DNA from: an uncultured Planctomycetaceae bacterium
GTDB taxonomy: Bacteria; Planctomycetota; MHYJ01; CAZWFP01
Length of the DNA stretch: 59,060 bases
Direction: 5' to 3'
NCBI GenBank assembly: GCA_964633175.1
Contig: CAZWFP010000003.1
Coordinates: 1 to 59,060, forward strand
The position numbers and the translations under genes were made by a program. Within the stretch, counting starts at the first letter, position 1. Every line of letters starts with the position of its first letter. Below, in pieces: positions 36,280 to 45,290 of the stretch. A model generated the notes under the pieces. The model saw nothing but the letters and a program-made list of their open reading frames with translations, ran no database searches and had not been told where the DNA came from.

Positions 36280-36747
36280 ATGAAGATTTCGGCGTCTAAG
36301 TTGGCGGATATTCCTAAAATTTTTATAATCGTTAGTAAATTCCATCTTTCTATTAGTCAGAATTTATTAAAAGGTGCAATAGATATACTTAATAAAAATG
36401 GTATTACCGAAGATAATTATGCTGTTGTTTATGTTGATGGGGCTTATGAAATTCCCATAGTTTTAAAAGAGGTATTAATTCACAAAAAGCCGGATGGGGT
36501 GATTGTTGTAGGAGCCATTATAAAAGGCGAAACAGAACATTATTATTTTTTGGCTAATTCTGTTATTCCTAAAATATTGGATTTATCTCTTGAATTTAAA
36601 GTTCCAATAACCAATTCAATAATTGTTTGTGAAAACGAACAACAGGGGATTGAGAGGGCAGGAGGCAAAGTTGGTAATCGTGGCAGTGAGGCGGCTAATG
36701 CTTTACTTAATACTCTTTCCATTATAGATCATATTAAACCACTATAA
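36280..36747 (+). CDS. ribH: 6,7-dimethyl-8-ribityllumazine synthase
   Basis: VDGAYEIPIV...VVGAIIKGETEHYYFLANSV...GNRGSEAA. Confidence 0.85.
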   Translation: MKISASKLADIPKIFIIVSKFHLSISQNLLKGAIDILNKNGITEDNYAVVYVDGAYEIPIVLKEVLIHKKPDGVIVVGAIIKGETEHYYFLANSVIPKILDLSLEFKVPITNSIIVCENEQQGIERAGGKVGNRGSEAANALLNTLSIIDHIKPL

Positions 36748-36750
36748 ATA

Positions 36751-37305
36751 ATGGTGCAGATTAATTCAAAAGGAGTTTTGCGCCAGATTTTTGGGTTAAT
36801 AATGAGTTATATGTATCAGTATGAAGTTACGAAGAAAAAGAATACCGATTTATACGCCTTTTATAAGGGTTTGTATCTAAACTTTACAGAGAAAAATTAT
36901 TTGCCTAAAGATTTACTTGACTTTGCTCAGAGGGTCATAGATTATACAAAAAGTAACACTGAACATATTGATGGTATATTTTCAGTCTATCTGGATAAGG
37001 TGAACGCTCAAAAAACCAGTGTAGTCGATTATACTATTTTACGAGTTGGAACTTCTCTTATTTTATATTATTTTGAAGAGATTAATCCTATAAGTGTGAT
37101 AAACGTTGCCATTGAAACGTCTAAGAAATACAGTGGAGAGAATTCATACAAGTTTATAAATGCAGTATTGGATAAGGTTTACAAAAGACATTGCCCGATG
37201 GCAAAGCATCAGGATTTGCAAAATCGAATGTCTAATAAAAATAACGATCTAGCTAGTAATGATTCTATAAGTTCAGAACCTGATTCTACTCTTACTACTA
37301 ACTGA
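36751..37305 (+). CDS. nusB: transcription antitermination factor NusB (with C-terminal tail)
   Basis: Classical position after ribH. ILRVGTSLILYYFE...YKFINAVLDKV. Confidence 0.75.
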   Translation: MVQINSKGVLRQIFGLIMSYMYQYEVTKKKNTDLYAFYKGLYLNFTEKNYLPKDLLDFAQRVIDYTKSNTEHIDGIFSVYLDKVNAQKTSVVDYTILRVGTSLILYYFEEINPISVINVAIETSKKYSGENSYKFINAVLDKVYKRHCPMAKHQDLQNRMSNKNNDLASNDSISSEPDSTLTTN

Positions 37306-37317
37306 ATCTTGTAAAAT

Positions 37318-37408
37318 CGGAGAGGCTGGGATTCGAACCCAGGAACCGAGAAAAACCTCGGTCAACGGCTTAGCAAGCCGCCGCATTCAGCCACTCTGCC
37401 ACCTCTCC
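37318..37408 (-). tRNA. tRNA-Ser (anticodon GCU), CCA not encoded
   Basis: GGAGAGG acceptor, anticodon loop TTGCTAA and a long variable arm. The 3-prime flank is not CCA. Confidence 0.85.
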
Positions 37409-37424
37409 ATATATTTTGTTGCTA

Positions 37425-37498
37425 TTGGCTGGGGAGAAAGGATTCGAACCTTTACTAACTGATCCAGAGTCAGTTGTGCTACCGTTACACCACCCCCC
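37425..37498 (-). tRNA. tRNA-Gln (anticodon CUG), CCA encoded
   Basis: TGGGGGG acceptor, anticodon loop CTCTGGA and T-loop GGTTCGAATCC. Confidence 0.85.
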
Positions 37499-37547
37499 AA
37501 TCTCATAATTGAATGTCGCCCTTATTCGGAATGGTGCCACTCTAATT

Positions 37548-37612
37548 TTAGGAAAATTTATTGAAAATTTAATATTTAATGCTAAATATTTTATTTGATG
37601 AATTCTGTTTCC
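37548..37612 (-). repeat. intergenic repeat family B (inverted)
   Basis: ttaggaaaatttattgaaaatttaatatttaatgctaaatattttatttgatgaattctg. Confidence 0.75.
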
Positions 37613-37675
37613 CTCCTCTAAAGCTTGTATCTCTTTTACACTTTTCATTATTCAGTATTTAACATTTGTTATTTT

Positions 37676-37716
37676 TTATTTTATTACGAGCTTACGAGTT
37701 TAGAGCGGTAGATTTC
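37676..37716 (-). repeat. intergenic repeat family A (inverted)
   Basis: ttattttattacgagcttacgagtttagagcggtagatttc. The reverse complement contains ctcgtaataaaataa. Confidence 0.75.
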
Positions 37717-37797
37717 TTCGAAACTCTTGGCTTTTGAGTTTTGCCCTTTAACTCTCGCGTTCTTCTTGATAACTATTAGCTGATAGCGGAGAACTGA

Positions 37798-38178
37798 TTA
37801 TGATGTTGGTTTTGGTGCTTTTGCTCCATATAGAGATCTACTTTGCCTTCTTGCTTCTACACCCTGGCAATCATATACTCCTCTTACTATGTGGTATCTT
37901 ACCCCTGGTAAATCTCTTACTCTCCCACCTCTAACCAATACTATAGAATGTTCCTGTAAGTTATGCCCTTCGCCTGGAATGTATGCTGTTATTTCTTTGC
38001 CATTAGATAATCTTACCTTTGCGATTTTTCTTAGAGCTGAATTTGGCTTTTTTGGAGTCATTGTTTTTACAATTAAACAAACCCCTTTTTTAAATGGATT
38101 TCTTATAAGTGCCGGTGATTTAGTTCTTGCTCTTGCTTTTTTCCTTCCTTTTTTTACTAACTGATTAAATGTCGGCAT
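37798..38178 (-). CDS. rpsL: 30S ribosomal protein S12
   Basis: [13 protein letters not shown]...[11 protein letters not shown]...[19 protein letters not shown]. Confidence 0.95.
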   Translation of the reverse strand: MPTFNQLVKKGRKKARARTKSPALIRNPFKKGVCLIVKTMTPKKPNSALRKIAKVRLSNGKEITAYIPGEGHNLQEHSIVLVRGGRVRDLPGVRYHIVRGVYDCQGVEARRQSRSLYGAKAPKPTS

Positions 38179-38294
38179 AACAGCAGCGTATTATATAATT
38201 AAAAGTGAAAAATAAAAGATAGGGGAGTAAAATACTTCGTTTGTTAGGTGCAGCCCTCTTTATAAATCTCTAAATCTCCAACTCCCTCTTCTAA

Positions 38295-38353
38295 TTTTCA
38301 ATGTTAAATTTTCAATAAATTTTGTCAGAAATTACCACTGTTCACTGACCACT
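38295..38353 (+). repeat. intergenic repeat family B
   Basis: ttttcaatgttaaattttcaataaattttgtcagaaattaccactgttcactgaccact. Confidence 0.8.
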
Positions 38354-38363
38354 ACACTTTTTA

Positions 38364-38954
38364 TTATTGGTCATTGGCTTTTGGCTGATGGTTATTGAAT
38401 CTGAAATTGAAAAGAGGCGTATATATGGGTTTTTCTGAAGTTAAGGTGCTTTTATATAATGTGATTGAATTTACGTTAGTTGTTCCAAACGTAGTGTCTT
38501 TATGTTTGACCAACATTTCATTTACTTTATTAAAGAATGGTGGTTTTTTAAATCTACCTATTGTTATATGGGGGTGAAAACTTTTTTCCACTTCATACGT
38601 TATTCTTAATTCGTTTAAGAGGTTATTTATTTGGTTATATAGATTAATAATTTTATCTATGTTATTTTTTAATCCTATCCACATAATCCTTGCTTTTTGT
38701 GCGGAAGGGAATACGCCTAATCCTTGGATTTGTGTATCAAATGAGTTGCTTTTAAACGTTTGCTGCATAATTTTGTTTCGCATTAGATCAACTATATTTT
38801 CATCAATGTCCCCAATAAATCTTAGTGTAATGTGTAAGTTTTCTCTATCAACTTTTTTTATGTTGTTAAACACAGGTAAGATGTTTTCCTTGTTAAATTT
38901 ATCTATAGTATTTTTTATTTTCTCATCAAGCGAAAGGGCGAAAAATACTCGCAT
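38364..38954 (-). CDS. thpR: RNA 2',3'-cyclic phosphodiesterase (2H family, ThpR/LigT-like)
   Basis: Two HxT motifs: NLHITLRF and HPHITIGR. Confidence 0.8.
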   Translation of the reverse strand: MRVFFALSLDEKIKNTIDKFNKENILPVFNNIKKVDRENLHITLRFIGDIDENIVDLMRNKIMQQTFKSNSFDTQIQGLGVFPSAQKARIMWIGLKNNIDKIINLYNQINNLLNELRITYEVEKSFHPHITIGRFKKPPFFNKVNEMLVKHKDTTFGTTNVNSITLYKSTLTSEKPIYTPLFNFRFNNHQPKANDQ

Positions 38955-38959
38955 TTGGC

Positions 38960-40132
38960 TTATTGAAAGGCACTTAATCCTGTAATATATTCTCCCAAAA
39001 TTAATGTATGTATTTCATGGCTTCCCTCATACGTTTTAACAGATTCTAAATTCGCCATATGTCTCATTACAGGATATTCCAATAAAATGCCATTTGCGCC
39101 TAAAATTTCCCGTGCCAATCGTGCAATTTCTAAAGATATAAAAACGTTATTTCTTTTTGCAAGTGATATCTGTGCAAAGTCAGCTCTCCCTTTATCTTTC
39201 AATCTTCCTAATTGTAGGCAAAGAAGTTGTGCTTTAGTTATTTCTGTTATCATATATGCTAATTTTTCTTGTGTAATCTGGAAACCACCAATTGGCTTGT
39301 TGAACTGTATTCGTGTATCAGAATATTTCACGGCTGTTTTGAAACAATCTAATGCAGCGCCTACGGCTCCCCATGCTATTCCATATCTTGCTTGTGTTAA
39401 ACACATAAGAGCAGATTTTAAGCCGGATGTTTTTGGTAATCTATCTTCTTCGCTAACTTCTACGTCTTCTAATACCAATTCACCTGTATCGGAGGCCCTA
39501 AGGGATAATTTCCCTTTTGTTTCAATTGCTTTAAATCCTTTGGATTTGGTATTTACTATAAAGCCCTCGATAATGTCATTTTCGTTTTTTGCCCAGATAA
39601 TTGCAATATCAGCAAGCGTTGCGTTCGTAATCCACATCTTTGTTCCATTCAGTATCCATTTATCGTTTCCTGCCTTTTTCGCTCTTGTTTTTAAGCCGGC
39701 GGGATTAGAACCGAAGTCGGGCTCAGTAAGTCCGAAACAGCCAATTATTTCACCCCTTGCTAATTTTGGTAGATAGTATTCCTTTTGTTTTTCAGTCCCA
39801 AAAGTATATATTGGATACATAACCAGTGCTGATTGGACAGAGGCAAAACTTCTTACTCCGCTGTCCCCATATTCTAATTCCTGCATTACCAGTCCATAAG
39901 CAACGTTATTTAATCCTGCACATCCATAACCTTGTAAATTACAACCTAACAAACCCATTGCGGCTATTTTAGGAATTAATTGAGTGGGAAACTTTCCCTT
40001 CTCATAATAATCAGCTATTATCGGTTTTATTTCTTCTTCTGCAAATTTTCTTACTGAATTTCTAACTAATATTTCTTCTTCTGTTAGAAGTGAATCCGTC
40101 TCATAAAAATCATAAATATTCTTTTTATCCAT
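38960..40132 (-). CDS. acyl-CoA dehydrogenase, glutaryl-CoA dehydrogenase-like
   Basis: GCFGLTEPDFGSNPAGLKTRA...LNGTKMWITNATLADIAIIWAK...YEGSHEIHTLILG. Confidence 0.8.
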   Translation of the reverse strand: MDKKNIYDFYETDSLLTEEEILVRNSVRKFAEEEIKPIIADYYEKGKFPTQLIPKIAAMGLLGCNLQGYGCAGLNNVAYGLVMQELEYGDSGVRSFASVQSALVMYPIYTFGTEKQKEYYLPKLARGEIIGCFGLTEPDFGSNPAGLKTRAKKAGNDKWILNGTKMWITNATLADIAIIWAKNENDIIEGFIVNTKSKGFKAIETKGKLSLRASDTGELVLEDVEVSEEDRLPKTSGLKSALMCLTQARYGIAWGAVGAALDCFKTAVKYSDTRIQFNKPIGGFQITQEKLAYMITEITKAQLLCLQLGRLKDKGRADFAQISLAKRNNVFISLEIARLAREILGANGILLEYPVMRHMANLESVKTYEGSHEIHTLILGEYITGLSAFQ

Positions 40133-40212
40133 ATATTTCTCCTTGAATTACCACTCTATATGACACATAATACAACAACTATTGAATCAATGCTTATTTT
40201 TACTTTCAACAC

Positions 40213-40854
40213 TTATATTAAAAATGGGTTAGTAAACTTTTCATAACTAATTGTGGTATCTTCTCCATGGCCAGGGTGGACAATTGTTTGAGGATCAAGT
40301 TTAAGTAATTTTTCTTTGATGGAATGCATTATTTCTTTGAAACTGGATTTTGGAAAATCGGTTCTGCCTATACTACCTTTAAAAAGGGTATCGCCTGTGA
40401 AAACGTGATTTCCTATTAAAAAAGAGGTGCTGCCAGGTGTATGACCTGGTGTATGTATTACTTTTATCGTATATCCTAAAGAACAATCAATTTCTTCTCC
40501 ATCAGTTAAGAATTTATGTGGTGTTGGAATTTTAGGTGTTTCTAATCCAAATATATTCGCTTGTTCTGTCAGTTTATTTAGCCAAAACATATCGCCTTTA
40601 TGAATTGCATATTCAACATTGTATATTTCTAAAAAATCTGCTACTTTTCCTGCATGGTCTATATGCCCATGAGTGTTTAATACAATTTTTACGTTTAAAT
40701 CTTTCTTATCTATAAACTTCTTAATAGTATCTATTTCATCGCCAGGGTCTATAATGACGGCGTTTCTACTATCGAGATTATATATTGTATAACAGTTCAT
40801 TGCAAAAACACCCACAGTAATTTTTTCTACTTGTATTGAATCAATTATTGGCAT
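40213..40854 (-). CDS. MBL-fold metallo-hydrolase (glyoxalase II-like)
   Basis: NTHGHIDHAG, HTPGHTPGS and GDTLF motifs. Confidence 0.8.
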   Translation of the reverse strand: MPIIDSIQVEKITVGVFAMNCYTIYNLDSRNAVIIDPGDEIDTIKKFIDKKDLNVKIVLNTHGHIDHAGKVADFLEIYNVEYAIHKGDMFWLNKLTEQANIFGLETPKIPTPHKFLTDGEEIDCSLGYTIKVIHTPGHTPGSTSFLIGNHVFTGDTLFKGSIGRTDFPKSSFKEIMHSIKEKLLKLDPQTIVHPGHGEDTTISYEKFTNPFLI

Positions 40855-41043
40855 AAACTGTTATGTTTTATTACTATTATTATCCATTCACTTCTGCCAA
40901 TAGTTTGTATCATAAGATAAAATTTGTATAAGTATAACTTCCTCATTTTGTATTGCAAATATATTGGAAGAATAATGATAATTCTTGAAGAAGACGAAAC
41001 AAGAAATAGCCAGTTGTCAGCCAAAAGCCAATAGCCAAAAGTG

Positions 41044-41091
41044 AAGGTTTAATGAGAAATCTAACTCGCAACTCGTAATAAAATAATAAAT
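41044..41091 (+). repeat. intergenic repeat family A
   Basis: aaggtttaatgagaaatctaactcgcaactcgtaataaaataataaat. Confidence 0.75.
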
Positions 41092-41192
41092 ATAATTACC
41101 GCAATGATGAATACCGAATAAAGGGGTATCTGAAACTGTGATAGTTCTGATTGGAGGTTTTTTAAAATTAATTGAAAATAAAATTATTTATT

Positions 41193-42161
41193 ATGAATGT
41201 TAATTTTTGGTTTAAGCAGGGTATTGAACTATTAAAGAGGCGTTCCTTTGACAATGCTTCTAAATGTTTTGATAAGGTTATAGAGTTAGAACCTAATCAT
41301 ATTGAGGTTTGGTTTAAGAAGGGAATTGCTCTTGAAAAACTTGGTAGGTACGACGATGCTTTAAAAAATTATGACACAGCACTTAGGTTAGCACCCACTT
41401 CTATTAAAATACTTTCTAACAAAGGGTTTCTTCTGGAAAGATTAAAACGCTATGATGATGCGCTTAAGGTTTATGATAAGATCATTGAATTCGATCCAAA
41501 TAACTTTAAAGCGTGGTGTAATAAAGGTTTTGTTTTTGAAAAACTTGGATTTTATAAAAAGGCGTGGGTTAGTTATAATAATGCATTAAAAATAAGACCT
41601 GACAGTGTAAAGATTCTGCGAAATATAGGATATGTTTTGGATAAATTAGGTTATCATACAAAACTTTTATCAACGATAAATTCTATTTTACAATTATGCC
41701 CTAAAGATGTGCATACCTTGTACTATAAATATACGGTCCTAAGGAAGTTAAAACGATATAAAGAAGCATTAAAATCAATTACTTTGGTAACTGAACTACA
41801 TCCAACAAATGTTGATGCCTTGTATGAGAGGGTATCAGTGCTTAAGAAACTGAAAAAATATGACGAAATCCCTAAAACCTATGATAGAATCTTACAACTC
41901 AGGCCAGATGATGTAAAAACGTTATATGATAAAGCTAATGTTTTTAGAAAGATGAAATTATATGATAAGGCACTTAGAGTCTACAATAAGATAATAAAAT
42001 TGGAACCTGCTAATGCTAATGCCTGGTATTGTAAAGGTCAAATGTATGTAAAGTTGAAATCTTATGAAAAGGCCCTAAATTCGTTTGATAAAGCGTTGAA
42101 ATTAAAACCCGATTATACAAAAGCGTTGAAATGGAAACAAAAAATATCTCCTCCCTTATAA
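41193..42161 (+). CDS. tetratricopeptide repeat protein
   Basis: About 9 tandem 34-aa TPR units (W..KG..L..L.RYDDAL..YD.AL.L.P). Confidence 0.8.
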   Translation: MNVNFWFKQGIELLKRRSFDNASKCFDKVIELEPNHIEVWFKKGIALEKLGRYDDALKNYDTALRLAPTSIKILSNKGFLLERLKRYDDALKVYDKIIEFDPNNFKAWCNKGFVFEKLGFYKKAWVSYNNALKIRPDSVKILRNIGYVLDKLGYHTKLLSTINSILQLCPKDVHTLYYKYTVLRKLKRYKEALKSITLVTELHPTNVDALYERVSVLKKLKKYDEIPKTYDRILQLRPDDVKTLYDKANVFRKMKLYDKALRVYNKIIKLEPANANAWYCKGQMYVKLKSYEKALNSFDKALKLKPDYTKALKWKQKISPPL

Positions 42162-43010
42162 TTCAGAAATAATAATAGCAGAAATTATAAGTGTTCCGCC
42201 AATAAAAAATTCTAATGAAAAGGTTTTATTAAAAAATAAGATAGAATATAGTGTTGTCCATACGGGTTGTGAAAAGGTAAAAAGTGAGACGGTAGATACT
42301 TTAACTTTCTTCATTGCCCATAAATGTAGTATGTAGGTTATTATCGAAGCGCATATTACAATGTATAAAAGGGGTATTATTATTTTTGTATTAAATAGTA
42401 TATGTGGTATTTCTCCTAAATAGGGTATCGCTGAAATGAAAGCTATCGGAGTTGCAAAAATGTATGTTAATGAACTTATAGAAAATGAATTCATATTAAT
42501 GTTATAGCTCTTGAATAAAACCATATATATTGCAAAGAATAATGCACCTATGATAGTTAGAATGTCCCCGATAAAAATTTCTAAATGAAAATTATTATGA
42601 ATAACTAGAAATCCTATGATACCTATAATAAGTGATAGTAACGTTTTTTTTGAAATTTTTTCAACTTTAAATATGTAAGCGATGATATGAGTGAATATAG
42701 GTATGAATGACATAGAGAGAGCTGAGTTACTTGGTTGAGTGTATTGTAATCCTATCAAAAAGCAATATTGATTGCCAACAATGCCTAATATGGATAGGAG
42801 GAAAATTTTATTAAAGTTTTCTTTAATACGTTTAGGTATGCCGAAAATGCAATATAGGAATATAAATATTATGGATACTAAAAATATCCTTGTAAAAGCT
42901 AATAATAGAGGGTGCATTTCTGCTAAAACTATTTTTACCATAATGAAGTTCATCCCCCATAGCATACTTATCAGGTTTAATACAAATATGGGATTAGTAA
43001 ATGTCTTCAA
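42156..43010 (-). CDS. EamA/DMT family transporter
   Basis: 284 aa with about 10 TM helices and a two-fold EamA-like layout. Confidence 0.7.
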   Translation of the reverse strand: MKTFTNPIFVLNLISMLWGMNFIMVKIVLAEMHPLLLAFTRIFLVSIIFIFLYCIFGIPKRIKENFNKIFLLSILGIVGNQYCFLIGLQYTQPSNSALSMSFIPIFTHIIAYIFKVEKISKKTLLSLIIGIIGFLVIHNNFHLEIFIGDILTIIGALFFAIYMVLFKSYNINMNSFSISSLTYIFATPIAFISAIPYLGEIPHILFNTKIIIPLLYIVICASIITYILHLWAMKKVKVSTVSLFTFSQPVWTTLYSILFFNKTFSLEFFIGGTLIISAIIISEL

Positions 43011-43072
43011 ATGCTACCAATGGTTAACAATTACTATACTGCCCTTATTCATGATGTTGTGGGTATAATATT

Positions 43073-43134
43073 TTAGGAAATTTTTATTGAAAATTTAACA
43101 GTGAATATTCAGAAATTACCACATTACAGAATTC
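43073..43134 (-). repeat. intergenic repeat family B (inverted core joined to a forward GAAATTACCAC module)
   Basis: ttaggaaatttttattgaaaatttaacagtgaatattcagaaattaccacattacagaattc. Confidence 0.7.
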
Positions 43135-43156
43135 CTCTTTATCAGTATTTACTATT

Positions 43157-43198
43157 TATTATTTTGTTCCGACTTTGCGAGTTTAGGGAGTTAGATTT
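43157..43198 (-). repeat. intergenic repeat family A (inverted, diverged)
   Basis: ttattattttgttccgactttgcgagtttagggagttagattt. Confidence 0.55.
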
Positions 43199-43319
43199 CT
43201 CGTTAAACCTTAAACCTTGAATTTTAACTTGCGGTTTTAAGTTTTGACATTTGCCTTGTGAGTTTTTTGCATCAGCCACGACAGATCAAGAGCATATTAA
43301 AGAGGAGTTTGGCTTGTGG

Positions 43320-44705
43320 CTAATGGCTTTTTGTTATGGGCGATGTTGTATCTTCTTCTTCAATCTCTTCAATTTTTATTTTAGCCAAGATTTTATCTAT
43401 TGTTTTGAATTCAGAAAATTTATCCGTCAGAAATTTGAATAAGGCACTATTTTCTGCTAATTCGCCTTTTATAAGAGCATAATATGGTGTTCTTTCTATC
43501 AAGGAATAAGTTTTTAATAGCTCTTCCTTAGAAGGTTTTACAGTTGTATCTAAGAAATAATTGAATAGGAGCATCTCTAATTTAAATCTGAGGAAGTTTT
43601 TATCAGTTATAGAAAATTCTTGTAGTCGTTTTTCTATAATATTGCGAGGAATACCTTCGGCAGTGGCAGCATAGGTGAAATCTCTCAAATAAGTTTCCGC
43701 AATCATCTTTTCTACTAGAGGAGGGTAATTTATGTCTATTTTATATTCCTTTATAATTATGTCTAAAAGCACTCTAAACATTCTTATTTTCGCTTCAAAC
43801 TCTTCCAGCTCCTTCAAAAAATTTCTTATTGAGTTCTTTAAAAGATTGATATCTGAAACGTTCCACAGTTTTAGCATCTGTTCCATCGCTCTATCTTTGT
43901 CTATAGACAATATGTTTTTAACCCATAAATCTACATATGCTTTCTTTATTATATTATCTTCTATTTTGGCACCTACCATTCTTTTGAATGTGCCTTTTTC
44001 TAATCCTAAGAGGTCTTTCTTTTCTATCTTATATCCGTTTAATTCGGTCTCACAAAAGTACTTGATAAATCCATCCGATAAAAGAATGAATGATGAATCT
44101 TGCGAAATGAGGGGTTTATTATTGCTCGCCGTTTCTGAGGATTCTGTTTCATATAGATTAAAGCCTACTTCTAACACATTATGTTCTTCGCTTACGCCAT
44201 TTTGTTTCGGTGTACGTATTGCTGAATGTCTTAGTTCCTCTACCTCTATAAACGCTTCAACCTCCTCATCAGTTACTTTGTGCCTTTCCCTTTTAATTGT
44301 TATCTCTTCAAGGTTTAGAGAGGAAAAATCTGGTAGAGTTGGTACCTCTATCTCTATTTTGTAATTGTTTCCTATGAAGTTGTCAACATCTTCTTTCTTA
44401 TATAATGCCATTATATCCTTTAATGGTTTTAGGTTTTCGTTCTTTAAAACTTCCTTCGCTATATCATTTATCATTTCCATGACTTTTGATTTAATAAAGT
44501 CATCATAAAATATCCTTCTTAATAGGTGGTCAGGGACTTTACCTGGCCTAAATCCTTTTATAGGAACCTTGCTTTTTAAGGTATTTGCTTCTTGATTATA
44601 TAGATTTTCTAGTTCTTCCTTATTAAATTGTATCGTAATTTTTTGAATATTATTTTGTTGTTTTTCTATAGTATAAGTATACATTCTGTTGTTTTTAGTA
44701 TCCAT
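43320..44705 (-). CDS. tig: trigger factor
   Basis: N-terminal ribosome-binding signature GFRPGKVP. 461 aa. Confidence 0.8.
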   Translation of the reverse strand: MDTKNNRMYTYTIEKQQNNIQKITIQFNKEELENLYNQEANTLKSKVPIKGFRPGKVPDHLLRRIFYDDFIKSKVMEMINDIAKEVLKNENLKPLKDIMALYKKEDVDNFIGNNYKIEIEVPTLPDFSSLNLEEITIKRERHKVTDEEVEAFIEVEELRHSAIRTPKQNGVSEEHNVLEVGFNLYETESSETASNNKPLISQDSSFILLSDGFIKYFCETELNGYKIEKKDLLGLEKGTFKRMVGAKIEDNIIKKAYVDLWVKNILSIDKDRAMEQMLKLWNVSDINLLKNSIRNFLKELEEFEAKIRMFRVLLDIIIKEYKIDINYPPLVEKMIAETYLRDFTYAATAEGIPRNIIEKRLQEFSITDKNFLRFKLEMLLFNYFLDTTVKPSKEELLKTYSLIERTPYYALIKGELAENSALFKFLTDKFSEFKTIDKILAKIKIEEIEEEDTTSPITKSH

Positions 44706-44797
44706 AACTGTTTAAATTAGTGGTTAGCACCACCCATCCTCTTTTAACTCCCTTTAAAAGGGTTTACGCTGAGAATTATAATAAAAAGTCCATTTTA

Positions 44798-44873
44798 TGG
44801 AGCGGGTGATGGGACTCGAACCCACGACAACCACCTTGGCAAGGTGGTGTTCTACCAACTGAACTACACCCGC
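44798..44873 (-). tRNA. tRNA-Gly (anticodon GCC), CCA encoded
   Basis: GCGGGTG acceptor and anticodon stem CCACC/GGTGG with loop TTGCCAA. Confidence 0.9.
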
Positions 44874-44994
44874 AATCAATTTCTTAATAAGGTAATGGTC
44901 ATTAGCCAACAGTAACAACGGGTAATCACTTGCTGTATTCTGGATTCTTCATTTTTTATTTTGCATTCTAAAATCTAAACTTTAAGTTTCCGGG

Positions 44995-45279
44995 TTATCT
45001 GGTTACATTATCAATGTCTTTGGCTAGATTTATATCCTTTTCCGTTATTCCATCGACATCGTGCGTAATTAATCTTATGGTTAATTTGCCGTTTGAGTAT
45101 ATAAAGTCAGGGTAATGACCGCTTTTTTGTGACAGATTAGCTACCTTTTCTAAGAAGCGAAATGCTTCTTTGAAGTCGGCGAATTTAAACTCCTTTTGTA
45201 ACGCTTTTCTGTATATTTGCCAATCTCTGATTTCTATCAATCTTGCTTTTACCTCTTTCCTCTTTATTTTGTCGGACAT
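44995..45279 (-). CDS. pterin-4-alpha-carbinolamine dehydratase
   Basis: 94 aa. FKFADFKEAFRFLEKVANLSQKSGHYPDF...THD is PCD-like. Confidence 0.7.
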   Translation of the reverse strand: MSDKIKRKEVKARLIEIRDWQIYRKALQKEFKFADFKEAFRFLEKVANLSQKSGHYPDFIYSNGKLTIRLITHDVDGITEKDINLAKDIDNVTR

Positions 45280-45290
45280 ATCTTTCCTCC

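Noticed and set aside
37370-37648. 92 aa minus-strand ORF.
   Set aside because: It reads straight through tRNA-Ser(GCU) and tRNA-Gln(CUG) and into repeat family B sequence.
39087-39776. 229 aa plus-strand ORF. Similar long antisense ORFs occur at 43732-44364, 1041-1538, 10851-11234, 19164-19604, 49324-49725 and 14126-14455.
   Set aside because: Each lies wholly antisense to a gene with strong family motifs (acyl-CoA dehydrogenase, tig, the surface protein, infC, the thiolase-like gene, selA, the GspK-like gene). Their Ser/Leu/Phe-rich composition is typical of shadow ORFs.
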